A stretch of DNA of 62,319 nt, the filler included, from Chiloscyllium plagiosum (taxonomy: Eukaryota): NCBI RefSeq assembly GCF_004010195.1. It is 5 parts of one record of this genome, joined end to end, with 100 filler letters (N's around TTAATTAATTAA, not from the genome) between each part and the next. Parts side by side here need not be neighbours in the genome. Positions count along the whole stretch, not along the records: positions 47,149 to 58,641 come from NC_057713.1; positions 58,742 to 62,319 come from NC_057713.1; 3 more parts are not named here. The stretch is one strand, 5' to 3'. Both the position numbers and the translations under genes were made by a program. This document shows positions 51,692 through 62,319 of this stretch, piece by piece. Every line of letters begins with the position of its first letter. The first letter of the stretch is position 1. The notes below the pieces were generated by a model. That model was not told where the DNA came from. It worked only from the letters and a program-made list of their open reading frames with translations, and made no database searches.

Positions 51692-51995
51692 GATGTAAGT
51701 GCCTACAGAATGAAAAATTAAATTATAGATTCAACTTGCAATTGAAGTTAAAAATTAGAGAAACCAAACCTTTGCATTTTTCCAGAGTTACCATTTTGAT
51801 TTGGTTTTAGCAGAGAAACTTTGCACCTAAATAAATGTTGGTACTGGTAACATTCTTCAGCATATACTAACATTTCTCCACCATTTATAATTGTAAAATA
51901 AAAACAACAGTCATGAGCAGTTTGATTTACTGCTCAAGTTAATCAAAATTCATAATTATTGTTCTTTTATTTCTATATTCCTTACATCAATTTAC

Positions 51996-52044
51996 CTGAT
52001 GCTTAGAAGAACTGAAGTTATGTTTGTGTGGAGATTCTTTGATA
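51996..52044 (-). promoter_or_regulatory. Candidate core promoter and short untranslated first exon of the NC-motif gene
   Basis: TATA-like TATCAAA (52044-52038) lies 31 nt upstream of an Inr-like TCAGTT (A at 52013), followed by donor CAG|gtaaat at 51996/51995. The acceptor before the ATG exon requires some upstream exon. Confidence 0.4.
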
Positions 52045-52699
52045 TTGGATTGTTTGTTTTGGGACACTCTGCAACTGTTTACTGATGTCACAGATTGTAG
52101 GAGTGACCATCTCAACCTTTGTAAACAATACGAACTGTTGGGACAAACTGATAAACACATTTATCATAATAAATTGCAAAGATTTGTAAAACATTACAAA
52201 ATTAATTTGGTCCACAAATTCTGTTAATGCAAGAAAATACATATACTTTTAATTTTGATGTGGCTAGAGTGTCTGCTTTATTAATCTAGCTAGGTGTTTG
52301 GGATGGATGCATAGATAAACGACATTTATGATCTAAGAGTTTGGAATTTTATCAACATGGTAAAAGAGAGAATACTTTTCCTGTTGCTTAATACAAATTC
52401 TGGTTTAGTCAGATAAATACAACCTAAATCATGCCAGGTTGAACCTGTAAAGCCCACTCAAACATATTATCTTAAGCTATAATGAACTGACACTGATCAG
52501 AATCATAGAAGGTGCTTTGAGATGTTAGTCTAGTCTCCCTGACTGCCTTGATCCTTTGCAATTTGCTTCCCTGCATAACAGGTCTAGAGCAGATGTTATC
52601 TCCCTCGCCCCACACGCATCCCTGGAACATTGGGAGGATAAAGGTACCAATGTCAGGCTCCTACTTATTGACTAAATCTCCTCCTTCAACTCTGTAATC

Positions 52700-53320
52700 T
52701 GAACCAAACTAATCTCAAAACTCTGAGACCTAGGACTGTGCTCCACCCACTGCAACTAGATTCTTGATTTCCTGACCCACAGACTGCAATCGGTGAGGAT
52801 AGGCAACAGCACCTCCTCCACCATAATCCTCAACACCAGCGCCTCATGAGGCTAGGTACTCAGCACCCCCCCCCTACTGTACTCCCTGTACACTCACAAC
52901 TGTATGGCCAAATTTTGCCTGAACTCCATCTGCACATGTGCTGACAACTCCATCATTGTAAGCCGGATATCAAACAATGATGAGACAGCATACAGGAAAG
53001 AGATAGAGTGTTTGGTGTTGTGGTGCAAAGATATCAATCTCTCCCTCAACCTGATCAAAACTAAAGGTCTGATCATTGACTTCAGGAAGCAAGGAGGGTA
53101 TGGCAGGCCCCAATCAATGGAGCTGAGGTGGAGATGATCGAGCGTGTCAAGTTACTAGGTATGACGATCACCAATAATCTGTCATCAACCACTCATGTTG
53201 CTCTGTTCTATCACCCTGTGATCTTTGTATGGATTGATCTGCCTGTACTCCATGCAAAACAAAACTTTTCGCTGTACCTACGTAAATGTTACAATAATAA
53301 ATTAAATCAAATTAAATCAA
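52700..53320 (+). mobile_element. Rex1/Babar LINE RT fragment with 3' tail
   Basis: ILDFLTHRLQSVRIGNSTSSTIILNT...LYTHNC...ADNSIIVSRISNNDETAYRKEI...KTKGLIIDFRK. Confidence 0.85.
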
Positions 53321-54099
53321 GAATCCTGATAGCTAGTATATAGGCCATTCAGTCTATTGTATCTGCACCTATCCCCTGAAGGGCATCCCACTCAGATACA
53401 CAGATACACACCTCCGCTCTATCCCTGTAACCCTGCCTTTATCACGGCTAATCCATCCAGCATGCACATCACTGGAGTCATGGACATTCAAGAGATGATT
53501 GCATAAATGGAGATATGTAGAGCAGAGATATAGGGAAAAAGCAAGAGTTTGTACCAGTTTGAATGACTGAGTCACAATGGACTGAAATATGTCCCTCATC
53601 ACCATGACAATTCTGTGATTCTATGTTTTCAGCATTTGTATAATCAAATGCAATTTAAACTGAAGAGCTTGTAATTCGCTAACTTTATCAATGTTTAGTC
53701 CTAGTCACTTATAACAACAACTATCAAGATGTTGTTATAAGTGACCTCCAAATCAATTATAAAAGTTTCTTTCCAATAATGCATAATGCAATATAATCCA
53801 GAAATACCTAACAGTATTGACCTAAACCTTTACTGGAAACTGAGTATTTTTGATCGCTAAATTTGTTGCAATCACTGAGGCAAATAATCTTATAATTGTG
53901 ACATGGCAATATTTTTACATAAAGAAGACAAAACCATTTATTTAGAAAATTACAATCGCAAAGTCATACCGGAACTAGGAAAAAAAACCAACACCTGACT
54001 AAACTTTGGCCTTAGTTGAACATTTTTGTATGTGCCTTTTAAAATGTTTGAACTGTAGGTTTGTGATTTCTTTAGATTTCAGTTTAATAAAGATGAATC

Positions 54100-55265
54100 C
54101 TGGGCTGCTTAACTTGCCAATGATTTAACATTAGATCTATTTGGAGTGGGAGTGCGAAGATCCAATTGTTGTGGTTCACATAGACAGTGAGGATATATGT
54201 AGAAAGCGGAAAGAGGTTCTGCTGAGGGAATATGAGCGGCTCAGGGCTGAATTACAAGGTAATAATCTCTGGCCAAGAGCATTTTGATGCAAGGGTCAAC
54301 AAGATTAAAATACTAAATGTGTGGTCCAAAGAGTAATTTGGGGGAAACAGGTTTAAATTCATGCGACATTGCCACCTGTACTGGGAGGGAGGGAGCTGTT
54401 TGATGGGATGGGGTCTACCTGAATCATACTGGGAGCAGATTCCTGGTGAGTAACTAGGGCTATGGATAATTCTTTAAACTAAACAGTAAGGTTGGAATTA
54501 GGTGGTGTCAGTTGCAAGAAAACTTTAAAATCAAGGTAAAGTATAAATCTAATAATAAAGGCTATCTTGTAATGTAAAAGATGAGTCCCAGAGTCCTTTT
54601 TAGGTATATAAAAAGTAAGAGAGAGGCAAGAGTGGACATTAGACAGCTGGTAAATGAGGCTGGAGAAATAGGAATGAGGAACAAAGAAATGGCAGAGGAA
54701 CTAAGTAGGTACTTGTAAGATTTTTCTTTGTGGAAGACACCAGTAGCATACCAGAACTTGAAGAAAGTGAAGGGGCAGAGGTGAGTGTAGTGGCCATTAC
54801 GAAGGAGAAGGTGCTGAGAAACTGGAAGGGGTGAATGTGGAGAAACCACCGGACGACACCCAGAGTTCTGAAGGAGAAACCTGAGGAGATTGTGGAAGTA
54901 TTGGTGGTGATCTTTCAGGCATCACTGAAGACAGGCCGAGTCAGGTCGGGCCCCAGAGGATCTGAAAATAGTTAATGAACGTGTTTAAGAAAGGAGGGAG
55001 GCAGAAGACAGGAAACTGTAGGACAAGGAGTCAACCTATTCAGATGTTAGAGTTCATTATTATGGATGCGATTGAGTTGTACTTGGAAAAGCTGGTGAAA
55101 GTAAAGCTGAAGTAGCACAGCTTTATCAAGGGGAGTTCATATCTGATAAATCTTTACAATTCATTGAGGAGATAACAAGCAAATTAGATACAGAGCAGCT
55201 AGTGGATATTATCTGTTTGAATTTTCAGAGGTTCTTTGAGAGGGTGCCAAACAAGAGGCTGCTAC
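54100..55265 (+). mobile_element. Degenerate, internally deleted CR1
   Basis: ORF1 esterase remnant followed by FRYIKSKR...NKEMAEEL and FKKGGRQKTGN. Confidence 0.75.
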
Positions 55266-55564
55266 CCTCCTCCATTCCAGTCACCGCTCCCTTCTCCAAA
55301 TTGCCCTACGGCTTTCTGAGGACCTACCTGCAGCTCACTCACTGCCATTTAAATTAAACTCAGCTGGCAACTGCCAGTGGATGCCCATCAGAAGCTGCAG
55401 CTCACCCATCTCATGTGAATAATCCCCAGGGACCAACGCTGGGTCAGTGCTGATGCCACTTTTCTGGAGCAGGAGACAGTCTCTCTGATCACCTGACAGG
55501 CACCACCTACAATCCGAGATTATTCTTTTCAAAGCATTTGCAAGGTATGTACTTCTGTTTGTAA

Positions 55565-58560
55565 AGAACATAGAACATAGAACATAGAAAAGTACAGCAC
55601 AGTACAGGCCCTTTGGCCCTCGATGTTGCGCCGATCCAAGCCCACCTAACCTACACTAGCCCACTGTCCTCCATATGCCTATCCAATGCCCGTTTAAATG
55701 CCCATAAAGAGGGAGAGTCCACCACTGCTACTGGCAGGGCATTCCATGATCTCACGACTCGCTGAGTAAAGAANNNNNNNNNNNNNNNNNNNNNNNNNNN
55801 NNNNNNNNNNNNNNNNNNNNNNNNNNNNNNNNNNNNNNNNNNNNNNNNNNNNNNNNNNNNNNNNNNNNNNNNNNNNNNNNNNNNNNNNNNNNNNNNNNNN
55901 NNNNNNNNNNNNNNNNNNNNNNNNNNNNNNNNNNNNNNNNNNNNNNNNNNNNNNNNNNNNNNNNNNNNNNNNNNNNNNNNNNNNNNNNNNNNNNNNNNNN
56001 NNNNNNNNNNNNNNNNNNNNNNNNNNNNNNNNNNNNNNNNNNNNNNNNNNNNNNNNNNNNNNNNNNNNNNNNNNNNNNNNNNNNNNNNNNNNNNNNNNNN
56101 NNNNNNNNNNNNNNNNNNNNNNNNNNNNNNNNNNNNNNNNNNNNNNNNNNNNNNNNNNNNNNNNNNNNNNNNNNNNNNNNNNNNNNNNNNNNNNNNNNNN
56201 NNNNNNNNNNNNNNNNNNNNNNNNNNNNNNNNNNNNNNNNNNNNNNNNNNCTCCTAATCCAAACCTCCAGCTCACCCTCAATGCCATATCTCCGTATTTT
56301 CTGCAGTAGCCTACCATGGGGGACCTTATCAAACGCCTTACTAAAATCCATATATACCACATCTACCGCTTTCCCCTCATCAACCTCCTTCGTCACCTTT
56401 TCAAAGAATTCAATAAGGTTTGTGAGGCACGACCTGCCCTTCACAAAACCATGCTGACTATCCTTGATCACATTATTCCTGTCCAGATGTTCATAAATCC
56501 TATCCCTTACAATTCTCTCTAAGACTTTGCCCACAACAGAAGTGAAGCTCACCGGCCTATAGTTACTAGGGTTATCCCTACTCCCCTTTTTGAACAAGGG
56601 AACCACATTTGCTATCCTCCAATCTTCTGGCACTACTCCTGTAGACGAGGACATAGAAATCAAGGCCAATGGCTCTGCAATCTCCTCCCTTGCTTCCCAG
56701 AGAATCCTAGGATAAATGCCATCAGGCCCAGGGGACTTATCTATTTTCACCTTTTCCAGGATTTCCAACACCTCTTCTCTACATACCTCAAAGCCATTCA
56801 TTCTACTTAATTGTGACTCAGTATTCACATTGACAACAATGTCCTGTTCTTGATTGAATACTGACGAAAAGTATTCATTCAGTGTCTCCCCAATCTCTTC
56901 CGCCTCCACACGCAACTTCCCACTACTATCCTTGACTGGACCTATTCCTACCCTAGTCATTCTTTTATTCCTGTCATACCTATAGAAAGCCTTAGGGTTT
57001 TCCCTAATCCTACCAACTAAGGACTTTTCATGTCCCCTCCTTGCTGCTCTTAGCTCTCTCTTCAGGTCCTTCCTGGCTACCCTATAACTCTCAATCGCCC
57101 CAATTGAACCTTCATGCCTCATCTTTACATAGGCCGCCCTCTTCCATTTAACAAGGGATTCCAATTCCTTATTAAACCACGGCTCCCTCACACGACCCTT
57201 TCCTCCCTGCCTGACAGGTACATACTTATTAAGGACACTCAACAGTTGCTCCTTGAACAAGCTCCACATATCAATTGTGCCCATGCCTTGAAGCCTACTT
57301 TTCCAAGCCACACATCCTAGGTTGTGCCTCACCACATCATAATTTCCCTAACCCCAGTTCTAACCTTTGCCCTGCAGTGCACACTTATCCCTCTCCATCA
57401 CTAGAGTAAAAATCACCGAATTGTGGTCACTGTCCCCAAAGTGCTCACCTACCTCCAATTCTAACACCTGGCCTGGTTCGTTACCCAGAACCAAATCCAG
57501 TATGGCCTCACCTCTTGTTGGCCTGTCTACATATTGTGTCAGGAAACCCTCCTGCACACATTGGACAAACACTGACCCATCTAACGAACTCAAGCTATAG
57601 CTTTCCCAGTCAATATCTGGAAAGTTAAAGTCCTGCATAACAACCACCCTATTACTTTCACTCTTCTCCTGAATCATCCTCGCAATCCTTTCTTCTACAT
57701 CTTTAGGACTATTAGGAGGCCTGTAGAAAACTCCTAACAGGGTGACCTCACCTTTCCTATTCCTGATGAAGGACTTATGCCCGAAACGTCGATTCTCCTG
57801 TTCCTTGGATGCTGCCTGACCTGCTGTGCTTTACCAGCAACACATTTTCAGCTCTGATCTCCAGCATCTGCAGACCTCACTTTCTTCTCACCTTTCCTAT
57901 TCCTAACCTCAGCCCAAACTACCTCAGATGGCGAGTCTTCATCCATTGTCCTTTCCACCGCTATAATACGATCGTTGACAAGCAATGTCACACCTTCCCC
58001 TCTTTTACCCCCACCTCTGACCCTACTAAAACATTTAAACCCTGGAACCTGCAACAGCCAATCCTGTCCATGTTCTACCTATGTCTCCGTAATAGCCACA
58101 ACATCAAAATCCCAGGTACTAGCCCACGCTGCAAGTTCACCTACTTTATTTCGTATACTTCTTGCATTGAAGTATACACACTTTAAGCCACTTTCCTGTT
58201 TACAGGCACTCTCCTTTGAGATTGATGCCATGTTCCTAACCTCCCTGCACTCCAGGTCCTGCACCCTAAAGCTACAGTCTAGGTTCCCATGCCCCTGCAG
58301 TGTTAGTTTAAACCCCCCCCAAGAGCACTAGCAAACCTCCCGCCAAGGATACTGGTGCCCCTCAGGTTCAGGTGTAGACCATCCTGTTTATAGAGGTCCC
58401 ACCTTCCCCAGAAAGAACCCCAGTTATCCAAATACCGGAATCCCTCCCTCCTGCACCATCCCTGTAGCCACGCATTCAACTGTTCTCTCTCCCTATTCCT
58501 CGACTCTCTATCACGTGGCACAGGTAACAAACCAGAGACAACAACTCTGTTCGTTCTAAC
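55565..58560 (-). mobile_element. Young, near full-length CR1 LINE (ORF1 SGNH esterase end, ORF2 APE plus RT), gap at 55774-56250
   Basis: Long open RT frame (NYRPVSF, QHGFVKGRSCLTNL, YMDFSKAFDKVPH); YFNARSIRNK and SDHNS; ORF1 DGLHLN; tail (ttctatg)n. Confidence 0.95.
57759..57794 (+). ncRNA. Minimal hammerhead ribozyme core at the 5' end of a Penelope-like monomer (57765-57886, 18-bp TSD)
   Basis: CTGATGA (57763-57769), aggacttatgccc, GAAACGTC (57783-57790); ctcacctttcctattcct at 57747-57764 and 57887-57904. Confidence 0.65.
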
Positions 58561-58741
58561 GCGCTTTTAAAGGGGAAAAAAACCTACCCGGCTGCCCCTC
58601 TGGTCTTCGTCACTTCCCCCTGCTGCTCCCGCTCTTTCTGTNNNNNNNNNNNNNNNNNNNNNNNNNNNNNNNNNNNNNNNNNNNNTTAATTAATTAANNN
58701 NNNNNNNNNNNNNNNNNNNNNNNNNNNNNNNNNNNNNNNNN

Positions 58742-59270
58742 CCAGGACATTTGTCCCCTTCCAGTTCAGATGCAACCTGTCCTTCTTGTACAGGTCCCAC
58801 CTTCCCCAGAAGGCATCCCAATTATCTACATATCTGAAGCCCTCCCTCCTACACCAGCTGCGCAGCCACGTGTTAAGCTGCGCCCGCTCCCTGTTCCTCG
58901 CCTCGCTATCTTGTGGCACCGGTAGTAAACTAGAGAACACTATTCTGTTCGTACTGCTTTGCAGCTTCCATCCTAACTCCCTGAAATCACTTTTTATATC
59001 TTCAGTCCTTTTCCTGGCTATATCATTAGTGCCAATATGTAACAAGATTTCTGGCTGTTCGCTCTCCCCTTTTAGAACCTGCTGTTCGTACTGCTTTGCA
59101 GCTTCCATCCTAACTCCCTGAAATCACTTTTTATATCTTCAGTCCTTTTCCTGGCTATATCATTAGTGCCAATATGTAACAAGATTTCTGGCTGTTCGCT
59201 CTCCCCTTTTAGAACCTTATACACCCGATCAGAGAGGTCCCGGACCCTGGCACCAGGGAGGCAACATACC
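58742..59270 (-). mobile_element. CR1 ORF1 SGNH-esterase fragment with a 136-bp tandem duplication
   Basis: VCCLPGARV...LLHIGTND...DRLHLN; 58945-59080 is repeated at 59082-59217. Confidence 0.88.
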
Positions 59271-60435
59271 TTATGGAGTGACAGCACATATTCAAGAAGG
59301 TTAACGGAATAGTAGCCTTTATTACGAGAGGAATTAAACATAAAATTGTGTTTAAAGGAAGTAGCAGCAGTTATAATGGGCTCACAGATAGAATCCTTAG
59401 ATTCTGACAGGTCCTGGAGGACTGAAAAACTATAAATGTAACACTTACTCAAAAAGGAAGGAGACAACAAGTAGGTAACTAGAGGATATTTAGCTTAACA
59501 TCTGTTATTGGGGAAATGTTAGAGCCAATTATAAAAGATGCAAAACAGAGCATTCAATATTACACAGTCAAGGTACAGTTGCCATATTCTCATCAGACAA
59601 TGGACTCCTCCTCAGGACAGAGAGATAACAAGTGGTGATCTGACCAGAGGGTCACCATGAGAAGGCAAGGGTAGAGAATGAGCTGGAGAATTTTCTTTGT
59701 AACCTCAGCTGGTGTGGGAATTGAACCCACACTGTTGGTATCATCGCTTTGTATTTCCACCCAGCCAACTGAGTTAACTGATACCCTAAAAGTGCATTTC
59801 ATGATCAAGCAGCGTCAGCACAGCTTCTTGAAGTGCCTTACAAACTTAATACAGGTTTTTTGAGGTAACAAGCAGGATGGATAAAGAGGAAGCAGTAGAT
59901 AAAATACGTTTTTATTTCCAAAAGCCATTCAACAAAGTTAGGCACAAGTGGTTAGTTTATTTGATAAGGGCCCACAGATTTGGGCTCAGGATACTAGCAT
60001 GAATAGAGGATTGGCAAACTACTAGAAAACAGAGAGTTGGGATAAAGGGGTGGGGGGCATTTTCAGGATGGTAACCTGTAACGAGTGGAGTGCCACAGCG
60101 ATCACTGCTGGGACCACAATTGTTTACAATTTATATTAATGACTCGGATGGAAAGTGAATGTGCTATTGCCAAGTTTGCTGTTGACACAAAAATAGAATG
60201 TAAAACAAATGTTAAAGAAGACACAAAGAGTCTGCAGAAAGTCACAGACAGGCTAACCGAGTGCACAAAAACATATTGATGGAAGAAAACATGGGAAAAT
60301 GTGAGGTTATGCAGTCTGGCATGGAGAATAGAGGAGCTGAATATCAGTTAGCTGGAGAAAGACTGCAGAAAGCTGTAGATCAGAAGGATTTCAGAATCCT
60401 CGCGCATGAAATGAAAACAAAAAGCTAGCACACAA

Positions 60436-60657
60436 CCAAAACCAAAGTTGCTGGAAAAGCTCAGCAGGTCTGACAGCATCTGTGAAGAGTAATCAAAGTA
60501 AACGTTTCGGGTCTGGTGACCCTTCCCTCAGTTCCCTCAGGACCTGAAACATTAACTCTGATTTCTTTTCACAGATGCTGTCAGACCTGCTGAGCTTTTC
60601 CAGCAACTTCTGTTTTTGTTTCTGATTTACCGCATCCGCAGTTCTTTCGGTTTTTAT
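60436..60657. mobile_element. Fold-back Penelope-like element
   Basis: Inverted arms aagttgctggaaaagctcagcaggtctgacagcatctgtgaa / ttcacagatgctgtcagacctgctgagcttttccagcaactt; degenerate flanking repeat (aagctagcacacaa / aaactagctcgcaa). Confidence 0.78.
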
Positions 60658-61012
60658 TAAACTAGCTCGCAAGTTCAATGGATAAGAGGCAAGCCAAATG
60701 GAATGGAGAATAAAAATAGGGTAGTCTTGTGAAAACTATACAAGGCAGTGGTGATACCCTAAAAACATATATTGCTGGAGAAACACAGGTGATCTGGCAG
60801 CACCTGTGGAGAGAGAAACGGAGTTAACTTTTTGAGTCCCGAGTGAGACCATGCACGGAATATTGTGAACAGTTTCAGAAACTTTATCTTCGGAAAGACA
60901 TGTTAATATTGGTGGTGGTTCACAGAAGGTTCACAGGACTGATACTGTGCCTGGAGGGATTTTTGTCTGAGGGAAGTGTGAGTAGGTCAGGTCTGTGCAG
61001 AATAACATGAGG

Positions 61013-61320
61013 TGATTAGATTGCTTACAGTGTGGAAACAGGTCCTTCGGCCCAACAAGTCCACACCGACTCACCAAAACGCAACCCATGCAGACCCATT
61101 CCCCTACACCTAACACTACGGGTAATTTAGCATGGCCAATTCACCTGACCTGCACATCTTTGGACTGTGGGAGGAAACCGGAGCACCCGGAGGAAACCCA
61201 CACAGCCACAGGGAGAATGTGCAAACTCCACACAGACAGTCGCCTGAGGCAGGAATTGAACCCAGGTCTCTGGCGCTGTGAGGCAGCAGTGCTAACCACT
61301 GTGTCACTGTGCCACCCACT
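61013..61320 (-). mobile_element. Full-length HE1-type SINE
   Basis: Same structure as 34368-34677; short gtgat duplication at the flanks. Confidence 0.92.
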
Positions 61321-61682
61321 GTGATCTTATAGAAACATACATAAGGGTCTCAGGGGGCTTGAGAAGGTAAATGCTGAAAGGTTGTTTCCCATGTGGGGAC
61401 AGTTTAGGACTCAAGGACTTAACCTCAGTGTAAAGGGTCACTCATTGAAGACAGAGTTGAGGAGGAATGTCTTCTCACAGAGGATCGTAGGTTTACAGAC
61501 TTCTTTACTGCAGAGGACTGGAGAGGCTGGGTCATTAAGAATATTTAAAACATTCAAGGCTGAGGTAGCCACATTGTTAATCAGTAAGAGAATCAGAAGC
61601 TGTAGAGGAAAGTGGAGTTGAAGCCCATCATATTGGCTGTGATCTCATTGGCTGCTGGTGTAGACTTGATGGGCTGAAAGTG

Positions 61683-61865
61683 TGGAGAAAGTGAGGCCTG
61701 CAGATGCTGGAGATCAGAGTCGAGAGTGGAAAAGCACAGCAGGGGGTCAGGCAGCATCTGAGGAGCAGGAGAGTCGAAGTTTTGGGCATATACCGTTCAT
61801 CCTGATGAAGGGCTCCTGCCCGAAACGTCGATTCTCCTGCTCCTCACATGCTGCCTGAACTGCAG
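61683..61865. mobile_element. Fold-back Penelope-like element
   Basis: ggagaaagtgagg...cagatgctggagatc terminus plus an inverted arm. Confidence 0.8.
61799..61832 (+). ncRNA. Minimal type I hammerhead ribozyme
   Basis: atcCTGATGAagggctcctgcccGAAACGTCgat: stem I atc/gat, stem II gggc/gccc, GUC cleavage triplet. Confidence 0.7.
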
Positions 61866-62041
61866 CATACCTGGCTTGTCCTCACGTTGCTACCACCTGA
61901 GACCTCCTCCTTTATTCCCCCACTCCCACCTGCTTTCCTTTTCCTTCTTTATTCTTTGTTTTGTTTTCTTTAAAGCCTGGGGAGTGGGGAAATAAAGGAG
62001 GAGGTCTCAGGTGGTAGCAACGTGAGGGCAAGCCAGGTATG
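61866..62041. repeat. 62-bp inverted repeat with a 52-nt pyrimidine-rich spacer
   Basis: 61866-61927 against 61980-62041, two mismatches. Confidence 0.9.
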
Positions 62042-62102
62042 ACTCCACCCCAGCCTGGGGTCGCCTGGTGAGTGAGGAACAGGTCCTGGGCCAAGCCCAT
62101 CT

Positions 62103-62319
62103 GATCCTTGAAGACAGAAACAGGGGAATATATTACGGGGAACAAAGAAATGGCAGAAGTATCGAATTGGTACTTCAGATCTGTGTTCACTGGGGAAGAC
62201 ACAAGCAATCTCTCTGAGGTAACAGTGGCTGAAGGACCTGAACTGAAGGGAATTTATATTTGCCAGGAATTGATGTTAGAGAGACTGTTAGGTCTGAAGG
62301 TTGATAAGTCCCCGGGGCC
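62103..62319 (+). mobile_element. CR1 ORF2 fragment continuing beyond the window
   Basis: NKEMAEVSNWYFRSVFTGED...LKVDKSPG. Confidence 0.85.

Larger units (their letters stand above)
44310..51702 (-). pseudogene. Four-coding-exon gene for a secreted permuted papain-like (NlpC/P60; LRAT/PPPDE-type NC-motif) protein, disrupted in exon 2
   Basis: All four exons have canonical GT/AG sites, and the intron phases match (1, 2, 0). Conceptual product: MRIMFLVILAIYFCAVNAAPSSSSSGGCTFPHDITS*SELTRLYNTPVAKAS/MRPLNNFGWLGLRHSGVRVTTVDGHKWLIHKGCGFGISSDTIVVDAVHMSDEWRVMDVRFVWGRTVGDFVQAGGENYDLLTDNCHHTSRRMLQQ*. An AATAAA follows on the minus strand at 44070-44075. Confidence 0.85.
59380..61680 (+). mobile_element. 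Degenerate CR1 ORF2/3' end hosting nested SINEs and Penelope-like inserts
   Basis: KFAVDTK, FQKPFNKV and KTELRRNVFSQRIV motifs, interrupted at about 59590, 60436, 60760 and 61013. Confidence 0.8.

Overview
Eukaryotic, AT-rich and repeat-dense DNA. The repeat content (HE1-type SINEs, CR1/HER1-type LINEs, Deu-domain SINEs, Rex1/Babar fragments, Penelope-like termini) points to a cartilaginous fish, probably a shark; the species is inferred. Almost all ORFs in the supplied track are LINE fragments or noise. The ORF track misses one spliced gene on the minus strand, with four coding exons (51691-51631, 48375-48226, 44630-44522, 44432-44310). It encodes an about 147-aa protein with a signal peptide and an H..H..NC arrangement (RHSGVR, WLIHKG, YDLLTDNCHH) typical of permuted papain-like NlpC/P60 (LRAT/PPPDE-type) enzymes. 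Exon 2 carries an in-frame stop and a frameshift, so this copy looks like a recent pseudogene or an assembly error. The window also holds more than 10 short Penelope-like elements. Several carry minimal hammerhead ribozyme cores (CTGANGA-stem-GAAACGTH), and several are fold-back hairpins with 9-18 bp target-site duplications. There are six assembly gaps, four of them with an artificial TTAATTAATTAA spacer.
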